Below, in pieces: positions 15,561 to 28,116 of a DNA stretch of 64,000 bases. Position 1 is the first letter of the stretch. Every line of letters begins with the position of its first letter. Under the pieces are notes generated by a model that saw only the letters and a program-made list of their open reading frames with translations, searched no databases and was not told where the DNA came from. This stretch comes from Neoconidiobolus thromboides FSU 785 (lineage: Eukaryota; Fungi; Entomophthoromycota). Where the stretch lies: contig MU626306.1 of the NCBI GenBank assembly GCA_025603075.1, forward strand, positions 57,929 through 121,928, written 5' to 3'. The translations under genes were made by a program, and so were the position numbers.

Positions 15561-15929
15561 CCCTTTACCCACGCTATTTTCCACTCAATAAAGAGTATAA
15601 GTATAGAGGAACAGGTAAGAGCAGCCCTAATAACGAGCTTAGTATCGGATATACTTTAATGTTTTTTAAAGCTCATTTTTTATAAATTTATTTTTCGCTA
15701 TTTTGTATCTTTTTAAGTACTACCATATGTGTTTTTTAGACATGGAAGATTATTCTATTCATATAATTGTATAACTTTAACTATGTTAAACTTATTTTAA
15801 TAAAGGTGTATGTTTTTTTGATTTCATTGCTTTTCCATTTTTCAAGTGCTATTTGAGTAGAATAATTGCTAATAAAATTCTTAAACAAATACATTCTCAT
15901 AAAAACAAAAATCAGATTTTTTTAAAAAC

Positions 15930-16035
15930 ATATGGGGATGTATTTTTGTATTCAAAAACTTTATTAATAATTTTTCCACTCAAATAGCGCTTAAAAGATG
16001 GAAAAAATACTGAGGCTAAAAAAACATCCCCATAT
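15930..16035 (+). mobile_element. MITE-like repeat, copy b
   Basis: ATATGGGGATGT..ACATCCCCATAT inverted ends. Confidence 0.9.
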
Positions 16036-16118
16036 TTTGAATAAAATTTTATAAATTGAATTAGCTCACAAAGTAAGCTTTACTGTAAATAACAGCACCA
16101 TTCTTTTAATAGTACAGC

Positions 16119-16224
16119 ATATGGGAGTGTTTTTTTTGATTTTATTACTTCTCTGTTTTTTAAGCGCTATCTGAATGGAAAGATTATTAGCAAAATTCTT
16201 AAACAAAAAAATACATCCCCATAT
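16119..16224 (-). mobile_element. MITE-like repeat, copy c
   Basis: Reverse copy 83 bp from b. Confidence 0.9.
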
Positions 16225-18328
16225 GTTCTTTTAATACTTATTTAATGCTGGAGGTAACACCATAACTAATCAACAATTTTACATTTTTTTGAAAATCTAT
16301 GGTTTATGTAAATATAGAATTACAAAGTTTATGAGTTGTATCATTGTATAAATTAAAAAACAAATGACTGTCCATGAACATATTCGAATGCTTTTATTGT
16401 TTAAACTTTAACTAACAAACATACAGTTTTTGTTGCATGAACAGTTGAGAAATAAATGAAACAAAAAAGATAATCTGATATCTATTTTATAGATGTGTTT
16501 CGATGTTTTATTGTATATTCTTCATCAATAAATTATTTTTAATAACGATAAAAGCGATACAATCTACCTTTTTCCAGATGATTTTAAGAAAATGTCAATA
16601 TTTAAATCAAATAAGCTTTAAGAGGAATGTTTACATCATTGGTTAATAACTGATTTTAAATTTCGAATTATTTTGAAACATTGAACATTTGATTTTAAAC
16701 TCAAATATTAGTAAATTTAGCATTTGTTTGATTTCCTTATTTTTTTATAGTAAGATAATACTCTGTTTTTCTTGTAAATAAACCATTTGGGAGTTTAATG
16801 GACTCTTTCAGAGTTACAACAATTTTACTTTTGAAGCTACGTCTGCCACCTTAACTATAACTTACCTTTCTCTGACTACAAGCCTTGAATTTATATTATC
16901 ATATAGTAATAAGTTTTCTATTTCACCATTAGCTATAGTATTTTTAAATTCCACATTGTATAAAAATGATTAAAATAACGAAGCAGTAAAGATACTACCA
17001 TATGCTAATAAGATAAAGCAATGGGATAACTACAAAACATTACAAGTCTAAAAAGCTAGGATAGAGCCTTATATATTTTTAAAAAGACTATATTATCTGA
17101 AAATAGAAGCTTCTCCACTCTAAGTCACCATTTACATTTTAACTTATAATGTTCTTGTTATTTGATTTGAAATCAGGTATTTTTATGGTCAGATTTTTTT
17201 AAATGCTTAGCTTAATAGTGATAACTATAGCATTATTTACAGCTATTAACACCAAGCTAATTCTATAAAGTTACAACTGTATGCTTATTATGAATTTTGT
17301 TTTATCCTTACTCTATCAAGGTAACGATTTATTTCGTAAAAAGGCTAACAAGAATCAATATTTTTACGTTATATTTTTATTTTTATTTTCCAACCTGTAA
17401 TTATGAATATGATATTAACTTATCTATAAACTTTAATATTGAATGTATTCACTAATAATTACAAATATACTTTACAACTTTAGTGATGATGCTATATTAA
17501 TAAATAAATATATATAATCATTACCAATATATGATGCTTTATACTGAATTTTATAGGATTATATTAAGATCCTTATTAAAATTTTAGCGCTTATCTTATC
17601 TTAATTACCCATAAATTTCTATTTTTAGATTTTACCAGTTTTATATGATAGTCATAAAATAGCTTAATTCAATATTTTTAACTGCTAACTTGAAATTTAT
17701 ATTATTAGCTGTAATATTTTTACCTAATATAAGCCATTCTGATCCCCATTGTTATTTTATTTGGTTATTTGCTCTATGTAAAACCTATATGATACGCTGA
17801 TAAGTACTATTGATAAGCTACTAAACATGATACTAAAACTCCGGTCAGTTTATAACATATACGAGAGCCAAACTTTATAGATGCTAATATATAAAGTGTA
17901 TAGTTTATTATATTGTCATTTATAAATAAAAGCAACTGTTTCTTGAATTTAAAAAATTAAGACAATTGCCATGTTAAATTGATTATTTAAAACTTCAAAC
18001 ACATCATAATGAATACCCTGTTCTTTAATTAAGCTTAATATATCATATGAACTATTAAAAATTAATACCAAAATTAACCAATCGAATGGTTAATTTTGAA
18101 CTAATCCAAAAATGATTTGTTAAAACATGAAAGAAATCAATCATTCGCTTTAAAAGTCTAAGCAAACAAGAGGGGGAATTTCAAGCCAAATTAATTACTT
18201 TTTTAATTCATTTCTTTCAGAAATAACTTGAGAACCCAGCTTTAGAGTTTTGGACCGGTTATTTCATAAGCTTACTGTTCACTATTTCGTCTTTTAGACC
18301 ACTACAAACCACCTTTTTCTGCAACCTT

Positions 18329-18346
18329 ATGTTTGATCCTGGATAA
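18329..18346 (+). promoter_or_regulatory. uORF MFDPG* in PRL-A leader
   Basis: ATG TTT GAT CCT GGA TAA TTT; only ATG between about 18130 and 18560; counterpart upstream of PRL-B. Confidence 0.6.
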
Positions 18347-18560
18347 TTTCTTCAAAGAAGTTAATACCTATAGTCAACCTTAGTTTCACTTTTCACCTTT
18401 TAATCCTTCTCAAATCATTACAATCAAACTTATCAATTAACATTTTTAAGTGCTGATTCAGCGATTTTAGTCTTATATTACTTTAACCCATATTGCTATT
18501 TTAATTGCTGATTCAGCTACTTAATTTTATACGTTTATTCAAATCAATCCTTCATTTCCA

Positions 18561-19203
18561 ATGCTTCTTCATCAAGTAAGTTTAAATTTAACAATGTATT
18601 ATAACTTTTAATAAACAATCTAGAATAAACCTGTTATGGCACCTTTATTTAAAATGAGCAGCAAAAGCAGATTATTAAACCCCTTTACTCTTATTGAGTA
18701 TGGTGGGCTTCGCTTTTTAATATTCGACTCACCAACTGTTTATACACTTCCATTATACATCAAAGAACTTAAAGCCCACGGAGTAACTGACGTTGTAAGA
18801 GCATGTGAAGCCACCTATCCAGCTGAATCTTTAAGGAGCTCTGGCATCAATGTCTTTGAACTACCCTTTGATGATGGAAAAGCTCCACCAATTTCACTTG
18901 TAACTGATTGGCTCGATATTGTCAATGCGCGCTTTCCTAAGGGAGAAGAATCTAAAGCTACAATCGGAATTCATTGTGTAGCAGGCCTTGGAAGGTAATA
19001 TTATTGTTTATTTGCAGTTGTATTTTTAACAAGTTATTAGAGCTCCTGTACTTGCTGCTATTGCTTTAATTGAAGCAGGTATGTCTCCACTCGACAGCGT
19101 TATCTTCATTCGTGAAAGGCGCAAAGGAGCAATTAACTCCAAGCAAATTAGGTACATTGAAGCCTATCAACCTCAATCTCGTTCTAGCTGTAGCATTTGT
19201 TGA
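18561..19203 (+). CDS. PRL (PTP4A-type) protein tyrosine phosphatase, paralog A
   Basis: HCVAGLGR active site, intron 18995-19040, C-terminal CaaX CSIC*; possible 15-nt first exon 18561-18575 spliced in frame via intron 18576-18623 to ATG 18636. Confidence 0.92.
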
Positions 19204-19634
19204 CTATGTGTTTTACTGGATAGATCATTACAATTTACTTTCATTTTATTTCTCAAATATAGGTTTTTATAATAACGATTAATTAGACTATTATTTTAAT
19301 TATCAAATTGTGTTATTTATTCTAAAATTAAGGATATCAAGTAGGAAGATAATAGTTTTAAGATTAGTCTGCTCCATGGTTACTTCGCTTCAGAGATAAT
19401 AATAAAATAATATTATGTAAATTGTAAAAGGTTACAATGAACTTAACCTTTTGATAGTTCAAATTTAAAGATAGTTTTGTTTTTATAGTCGAGTTTTGAA
19501 TGCTTAAACTTTGTAAATTAAAACTTGTGATTAAAAATGTTTATAAATAAATGAAAAATAATAAATCAAATTAAAAAAAAAACCATTAAAGATTAAAGTT
19601 TATTTTTCTTTTGACCAATTAAATATTCAAAACT

Positions 19635-19740
19635 ACATGGGGATGTATTTTTATATTTAAGAACTTCACTAACAATTTCCCCACCCAAATAGCACTTAAA
19701 GATAGAAAAAGTAATGAAGTAAAAAAAAGCGTCCTCATGT
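19635..19740 (+). mobile_element. MITE-like repeat, copy d
   Basis: ATGGGGATGT..AAATAGCACTTAA. Confidence 0.85.
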
Positions 19741-20210
19741 TAATTTAATGTGTCAATAATGAAATTAATAAGACTATAATAATTTATGAAATATAAAACT
19801 TTGATTGTACAACACTAAAACTAGTCGAATTAATTATAGCTATTTTTCTAAAATTATAGAAGATTTAGGGAGCTTATTAAAACTTAACACTATTTCTACA
19901 ATCATGATAAATCGTGATAGTTGAACTTTTTAAAGTTTCATTTCCTGTAATCAAATATCTTAATAAAAATTGCACTAGATTCATCCTTTCAATAAGTTAC
20001 TTGTATTGTTCGAAATAAACTTCGCTAAATTTAAATATCTATCTTTGTTTTATCCTTTTATTCATCTATAACAAATCTTCACATAAATCCAAAAGCTATA
20101 AAGTTAATTCATACTAAATATTAAAATAAAATAAAAATATAGCACTTATTTACCTTATTATTCTTTTAATCTTATTTTAAATAAAGTTTATTTTAGCTAA
20201 CCTAAAATAT

Positions 20211-20877
20211 TTATTTCTTGACTTTGTTAGCCTCTTCTTCAGCCTTAAGCTTACGTGCTTTATCACGTTTACCACCAAGTTTAACGTCCATACGAGCATT
20301 GCAAAGAGTTTCGAAAGCTTTGAAGCTCTTTTCCTCAGCAGTAATGGCACGTGGGGCTTCGGCAACAACAGTGTTAGTAACTGGGAATAAAGCACCAGTG
20401 AATTGTGGTACAGATGGTACTTCTCCCTTCTTCTTTCCAGCACGGGTTGGGAAAACAACCAATTTGCTTTGATAATTACGAAGACGTTCTACATTGAGGT
20501 TGAATGATTCTTCGGATTTGTTACGACGACGGTGGTCAACGGCAATACCAATGTTACGGGCTTCACGACGATGAACTCCAACAGCCTTATTTTTTTAATA
20601 AATCTAATTTTTAAATTAATTCTATTTTTACCTTTAATTCTTCAAGAGTGAAACCACGACCAGCGCGAAGCTTGGTGTTATAACGAATGGTTGGACAACG
20701 AACAGCAGGACGGAGAAGACCATCTACTGGACGTGGAGCAACTTTAGCGGCTTTAGCTTTACGCTTGTTAGCACGACGAATCTTTTGAACTGGTTGAGAG
20801 AACCAAGTTCTGACACGACGTTGCCAGTCTTTGCGGAAATGTTGATTTGGTAACTGGTTGTTATGTTTCAATACCAT
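20211..20877 (-). CDS. RPL13: 60S ribosomal protein L13 (eL13), 1 intron
   Basis: [28 protein letters not shown]|[25 protein letters not shown]. Confidence 0.97.
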
Positions 20878-22500
20878 TTTCTAATTTTGACAAAGGTTTA
20901 GCATGATGCTTGTTACATTTTATTTTTATCCATTCTGGGTTTTTTTAGCTTTAGTTTACTAAGATCTTTAGTGTTAAAAATTGAAAGAATCCACTTAGTG
21001 CCTTTTTCAACCAGATATAAAGATGGATGTGTTGACGTTTGTATTATAATCTTCTATTACAACTTACATTTTAAGAGGCAACCCGAAATATACCCAAGTA
21101 AAGAGAAGGGTGTTTTGGCCTGAGAGTTATTAGCATTTAATTGGGTCTATGAATTTATAATTATTTCTATAAATCTCCACTTTAAAATAATTAGTGAGTA
21201 TGATTGGAATATAGCAAGAAATGGTCCAATTATCTTCCGATTATATATTTCAAAATAATATTTAATATGATAGTATAATATTTACACATATTATAATCTA
21301 AATAGTTTTAGTTTTAATATTGCTATATTAACAATGATGGATTATTATGACTACCAAATACTTAAAATAATTATACTATCAAAAGAATAGTTCATATAAA
21401 CTAACTATTTATAAAAATTCTATACTAATATCTGACATCAAACTACTATTATAAGATATATAGTTTAATTGTTGTAAGTTTATCATAGAGTTATTATTAA
21501 ATGTATTTTAGTTTATACTTTATCATATTTTTATTTACAATTATATATCAAAAAACATATAGTTTAAATTGTCTACAAATTAATGTTTAATAGTATAAAA
21601 ATAAAAATAAATTATGACCAATTTTCAGCAAGTTTTATATTATCTATTTTATTAATAACTATAGATATAGCTTCCAATTATTTTTCTTATATATACCTTT
21701 ATTTTTTTCGTTATATTTTAAATATCAATAATGTAATTGAAACTATTATTTACAATGAATGCAGTATTTTTATATGAATTATCAATTAATAGAACTAGAA
21801 CAATTGTTCGGAGATATTAACTTTTTGGTAATTAATTACTAAAAAAATAAAAAGGATAGAAGTCTATTTGGAATAATAGTAGGAAATAAAATAAGAAGTG
21901 TAACGTATTTTTTATCAATTAACTTTTATCTTTACTCTGCCTACCTTTAGACATTTTATCTTAAAACAATTAAATGATTATTCGAATTGAATTAAACTCC
22001 TCAATGGTATTATTTAATTTGATACTAATCAAAAATAAAAATATACCACTATTTTTATCTAATGATGATACATTCTTTATTTTTACCTAAAGCTATATCA
22101 ATTCCAAATGCTGATAAAACCATCCCTTGCAAATATGGATCCCATTGATTCAATAAAGAACGTACATTGTTATATAATTACAAATATAACATTATTTAGA
22201 AACCTGTTTTAAAAAGTTAATAATACAATATTCATCGTATTAAAAAAATAAATAGTTTAAAATAAATTTACTATATTTTTGTAATAGGAATTAGTTTAAT
22301 TATAGAAAATTAAAGCAGAGGGAATATTGATATCTTAAGACATACAAAATTTGTACCAAAAGTAGTGATATGATAATATAATCAAAAATATATTAATATA
22401 ATCTAATTAAAAGCTGAAATCTAGTAAGCTTGAGAATGTTGAACTTTTAAAAATCGATTTCATGACAGGTCAGTATTGTAATAGTAGGTAATTAATTTGA

Positions 22501-23144
22501 CTAACATATAATACATTTTCCCTTGCCTTGTCGACGATATGCTTCAATATATTCAATCTGTTTATTGTTGATAGCTCCTTTTCTATTCTCACGTAAGAAT
22601 TGTACACTGTCTAAAGGTGACATTCCTTGCTCAATTAAAGCTATGGCGACTAATACAGGCGCCCTTTTAAAAGTTAGATAAGCTAAAGTATTTTAGTTTT
22701 AATTTACCTTCCTAAACCTGCAACACAGTGTACCCCTATAGTGGGTTTATCTTCTTTAGTATCCTGAAAGCACTTTTGTACTATTTCTAGCCATTCATTC
22801 ACAATATTTTTTGGCGGTGCCTTACCATCTGGAAAGGAAAGTTCCTATTAAGTTTAATATTACAATTAAAAAATATATATATAACAAAACTTACGTGGAC
22901 TTTGATGTGTTCTTTTTCTAAAGGTTCAATAGGGTAAGTAGGATCACACACCCTTACAACATCTGTTACATGGTATTTTTTAAATTCCTATTAAAATTGT
23001 AAGTTTATAGAGATTATTTTGATAAAATAGGCTTACTTTAAGGTAAAGAGGCAAAGTCTGGGCTGAAGGTGCGTCAAATATAAGAAACTTCAGGCCGTTT
23101 TTTTCAACAAAGGTAGGGGGATTTAATAGCTTAGCTTGTGACAT
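22501..23144 (-). CDS. PRL (PTP4A-type) protein tyrosine phosphatase, paralog B (missed by ORF track)
   Basis: Exons 23144-23037, 22987-22895, 22844-22708, 22663-22501: [68 protein letters not shown] (CaaX). Confidence 0.93.
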
Positions 23145-23239
23145 TTTGAATATATAAGATTATATTATTTTATGAGAGTTAAAATCGATAAATGAGTAAT
23201 ATTATTGAGTAAAATTGATTGCAACGGTATCAAGGTAAA

Positions 23240-23257
23240 TTATCCAGGAGTGAGCAT
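23240..23257 (-). promoter_or_regulatory. uORF MLTPG* in PRL-B leader
   Basis: ATG CTC ACT CCT GGA TAA TTT on minus strand, about 95 nt before main ATG and about 50 nt downstream of a TATATAAA. Confidence 0.6.
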
Positions 23258-24024
23258 CAAGGGGTTAAAGGAGAGTTGGTTAACACCGCTTAAGCCTTTA
23301 TAGTTTATATAATTATTCTATTTTAAAAGCAAATAGCCAAATTAAAAAAAGGTAGTTAAAATTAGTCTTTTCATTTGTTTAAATTAAATCTTTGGGGATT
23401 TTCAAATCTGGCTTATTCTAGGTTGTCTAAAAAAGTAAATCGGCCATTGGCTCTAACTAAATCATTAGTTACACAAATATAGGATTACCCACCTTCAATT
23501 TCATTTTTACATTCAAACTCAAACTGTTTAAGTTCAAGTGTAGGCTTTTTTTGAAAAATTTCCAAAAGCTAATTATTTCTTTTTCATACAATAATTCCTA
23601 TACATTGGCAGAATTTGTATCTTAAGTTTTATTCTTAAATGAACGATTAGCTAGTGCATGTTTAAACTTAAACACTAGTATTGACTATTTTACAGAGTAA
23701 GCCAATAAAAGGTAGTAATTAAATAGTAATCAGATAGATCTTTAATTTATGAGTACTTAAATGTTACTCAAATCAGCCATACTATATAATTATTAACAGA
23801 AATCAAGTTATGGATAAATAATGTTTATTTATATTGTAAATAATTCAATTAAAAAAATATAATAAGCTTTGTAAAAATCACATTTTGTTTTCATTTACAT
23901 TGGAATGACTAACTATATTTATAATTTATACTGTTTTAGCCATTAAAATATATTTTAATATCATTAAACTTAAATATGGTATTTCAAATATGACATCTTG
24001 TTTGTATTTTCCGGAAGTTTAATA

Positions 24025-24131
24025 ATATAGGAGTGTTCTTTTTAACTTCATTATTTTTTCCATTTTTTAAGCGCTATTTAAGTGGAAAATTTGTTAGTAA
24101 AATTCTTAAACACAAAAATACATCTACATAT
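24025..24131 (-). mobile_element. MITE-like repeat, copy e
   Basis: TTAAGCGCTATTT core with both ends. Confidence 0.85.
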
Positions 24132-25169
24132 CATAAATTCAGAAATACAGAGTAAGCAGCTTATTAGCAATATTTTTCATACCTTATTATATAAAATCTG
24201 CTATAATAAATTTTATCTATTAGGTTCAATCAGCGAAAAACCTTTTTTTAGATAACAGTTGTTTCTTAGCTTCATTTAGTTTGACCATTTGAGTTCAATG
24301 TAGACGGTTTATAACTATGGTGGCTTATTTTGATACAAAGTCTAATATCTCCCTATGCTCTAGATTTCATAACTGTCTTGTATTTATCATTCAAAAGCTA
24401 TCAGTATAATCAATTGTTAATGATATGTAACCTAATGATAATAAATTAACTATGGTTGCTATTACTGAAAGTTTGATATTTATCCTAACTATTTTCATAA
24501 ATGCTAGACTATGAAAATATAAACATAAATGTGTTTTAAAAAAACTTTGAAATAGCTAATTAGATCATAAACCGTTGTTTATCGAGGAAAAAAGTATTAC
24601 TAAGAGAGAGATAAGAAGGCAAGATTGAAAGGAAGGATGTGATTTGAAAACAGATTTCGACCAGTTTAAAATAGTAAGCCTTGGAACAAGCACTTTTTGA
24701 AAAGACTTTTAAAAATAACATAATCTTCTCCCCCGGATTCCCTAAAAAAACCACCTTGTATTTTTATTTGCCCAATAAAAGACCTAATTTTAAAGCTTTG
24801 GGGATTTAGATAAGATAAGCCCCATATTGAAAAAATCAATGCTGAAATATTGTTTGTATCTAGCATAATGAGTACATTTTGCTTGATAAACTTATTACTT
24901 TAACTTTACAAAATACATTTATAAAATAGCAATATACTGTTGTTCTCCTTTTAACACAATTTTCACCTTTAAGCTTCTTGAATTACAAAGTTTTTAATCA
25001 AATCATTAAAAATATGGTTACATTGTATAAAATTATGTAAACCAATCTCTTTACAGTTGATTCGAATTTTGTATAAAAATAATACAAAAACAAAAGCTGG
25101 GAGTATACAAAGTTACAATATAATATAACATAAATTTAGTATTTTACAGCCAAACATACAAACTTAATA

Positions 25170-25270
25170 ACTAAATAAGAACATATTTCTTTAAAAATTT
25201 TAATCTTTCCACTCAAATAGCACTTAAAAAATGGATAAAGTGATAAAACCAAAAAAAACGTTCCCAATAT
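25170..25270 (+). mobile_element. MITE-like repeat, copy f (5' degenerate)
   Basis: TTTCCACTCAAATAGCACTTAA..TTCCCAATAT. Confidence 0.75.
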
Positions 25271-25367
25271 CAATTTGATAAATAATAACATTAGATTAAA
25301 AATAAACTTAACATATAGTACAAAAATCAAAAGATTAGTTATGTGAGATTTAATTTGAAATAGAAGG

Positions 25368-25631
25368 TTAGGAGCAAATTTGTTTACTATCCCATCCAGC
25401 TTTGTCGCAACATTTTTTGTATGCCTTGTAATTTTTACCATTACGTTTAAGACCAAGACACCATTCTGGGGCCATAATTCCTTCAACTTGATCACAGCAT
25501 TTTTCACTGGCACTTAAGCTATTTTTACACTGTAAACCACAACAGTCACGACTATGGTCAGCACATTCACGTTTACGAAGTTGAGCACTTACAGTAAAAA
25601 TAGTTACAAGAACGGTCCATAAAAATTTCAT
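25368..25631 (-). CDS. Small secreted 10-Cys peptide (signal + KR propeptide), copy 1
   Basis: MKFLWTVLVTIFTVSA-QLRKR-ECADHSRDCC..; intronless; close paralog at 28117. Confidence 0.85.
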   Translation of the reverse strand: MKFLWTVLVTIFTVSAQLRKRECADHSRDCCGLQCKNSLSASEKCCDQVEGIMAPEWCLGLKRNGKNYKAYKKCCDKAGWDSKQICS

Positions 25632-26516
25632 TTTAGTTTATTTTTTAAATAAAATATTATTTTTTTGCCTTTTATTTATGCTGTTTTTTATAACTCTTTT
25701 ACTTTTATTAATATAACTCGGATAATAAATATTTTAAAATAGCAAGTTTTTATTGCTAAAACTTATGGTACCTCAAATGGCTTATCATGTGTATTGCATT
25801 TGGTAAAGTTGATACTGTTATTTACTTGTTTTTAACTATTTAATTTTTTATAATCCGAGCAAGATATCATAACATTTCATTCAGCTTATTATTTAATATA
25901 TTATCGATAAAATTACTTTACGTTAGGTAATTTTATGTATATTACATATTATTTAAAATTTGGTAAGAACTTTAAATTTAATAAAATGTCAAAATATAAG
26001 AGCTGGTGACTAAAAATGGTGACACCTATTGCTATATCAATGGGTTATTTTAGACACCATATATTTGGGAATGAAAATACTACTATTTTAAATGATTTAT
26101 TAGTTAAGTTGTTTAAACAAAAACGCTACAAAATAATCTCTATGTGTAAATAGGTAATAAGCCAAAAGTTAAAATCTCTTTTATAGAAGTGTCGGATTTT
26201 GTATAGAAATGGTTCAAAGAAAGTAGAAGACTATCTATAATTTACATATATAGTAGTATAGCTCATGTTTCAAAATATATAAGTATAATATACTGCTAAA
26301 AATTATAAGCATATATATTTTAATAAAATTAGAAGGTACGATTTAATTAATGTAAAAATTAATGCTAGGCTAAAAAGTAAGTTCGTGATGCAAATAGCCA
26401 AAAATTATTTGACTAAAAATAAATTTCATAAAGCTAATATATTAGATCGCATATTTAAATCATCTCAGTTCAATAAAATACTCATTTGTTTGAGTTTGGG
26501 GATATTACAAAGAAGG

Positions 26517-26777
26517 TTAATAATGTATCATGTGTTATCTTGATTGATATCCCCAGTCATTTATATCTCAATGTTTTTTGAAGGTCTTATAATTTTTACT
26601 GTTGCACTTAAGACCAAGACACTATCATAGAGCCATAATTCTTTCAATGTTATTACAGCAAATTTCTCTATGGTTTAAGCCATTTTTACATTATAAATCA
26701 CAATAATCATGGCTTTAATCAGAACATTCATATTTACGAAGTTGAACGCTTATAGGAGCAGTCTACAGAAAATTAAT
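26517..26777 (-). pseudogene. Pseudogene of the 10-Cys secreted peptide family
   Basis: Homologous frame reads LRKYECSD*SHDYCDL*CKNG..ICC..IMAL**CLGLK..; ATG lost; upstream ~300 bp resembles upstream of copy 1. Confidence 0.8.
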
Positions 26778-28116
26778 TTTAACTGTTTAAATAAAACAAT
26801 CATTGTTTCTTTCTTATTTATACTGTTTTTTTCTAGCAATCCTTTTTTCTTTTGTTACAGCTTGAATAATAAAACATTTAGATAATGGCATTTTTATTAC
26901 CAATCTTACAGTATCTCAAATGATTCCTTATGTACGTTAGCCTTGATAATGTTGTTATCATTAAGTTGTCTAGTTTTAGCTATTTCAATTGCTTAAAATC
27001 TAAGGTATTATAATGCTTCATCCTGCTTACTATCCAATTTCTTATTGATAAAGTTACTTTATATTGGGTAATTTGAACAAGTTGTTAAGCTTGTATAGAT
27101 AAAAATTTCAGTTTAATTTAGGCTCAAGTTTATAAAATTTATATGTAACGTTTTTTCGTTATTTCGACCATTTTTTATCCAGCATAGATTTAAAAAAATT
27201 AATAGTCAAAGCTAAACAACATATATATATGACTTATTTCAACTCTAACAAACAATGTATCATTTTTAAAATACGGGCACTTCAATTTAAATATACTATT
27301 TTTTGACAGTACTTAAGACTAAAGATAAGAACCAGGCTTTAAAAGAATCGGTCATACAAATTATCAGCTGTTTTTACAGCCGCTAAACTTTTGCACTCAA
27401 ACTAACACAGATGTGTTTGTACTTGATTTGGGATATTTTGAAGAAACTCAAGATTGGAAAAAAGTTGAACTTCGGATTTAAATTAACACATTTTATGCAT
27501 AATCTAAATAGTTTCAAGTTTAGTAAGAACTTTATATTGAACCTAAATCAACAACTATTTAAATAAGTTATTAAATACTATCGACATTATTTTTGCATAT
27601 AACAGGCTATTCCAACTATTTTATTATTAAGTTATTTTTAGTTTTTTGTACTAATGTTACACATAGTATAACTGATTAAAGAATTGTCAATGTTTTAATA
27701 TAATATCTGAACAGTAAAAAATAAAAAATAAACAAATAAAAAATAGTTGTACTCTTATCAGCTATATAGTGAATCGCCTGACAATTACAAGTTAGAGAGG
27801 AAAATATGTCTTTAAATATATCTTTGATTAAGCGTATCATGGATAAAAATCTTAGTTTATTTCATTTGCAGTTCAACTTATTTCAAACTATTAAAAGCTT
27901 GGTTATCAATTTAAATTAACAAATAATAATCAATTAGATAGCATATTTTTATTGTAATTGATGTATATTAAAAGCTACTCGACATATCATAAGGTTGCCA
28001 ACAAAATTATTATATTATAAACACTTTATTCTTCAAACTAATATATTAAAATTGATAAAAATATAAAAAAGTAGTATAAATAGAGTAAAAAGATATACAT
28101 ATTTAAATTAAATAAA

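Noticed and set aside
16760-17100. About 40 open codons ending at an AG|GTAAGT donor on the minus strand
   Set aside because: No start, no recognisable product, and flanking frames are closed.
27300-27480. Faint resemblance to the 10-Cys gene family
   Set aside because: Similarity limited to a few short AT-rich words; Cys pattern not recoverable.
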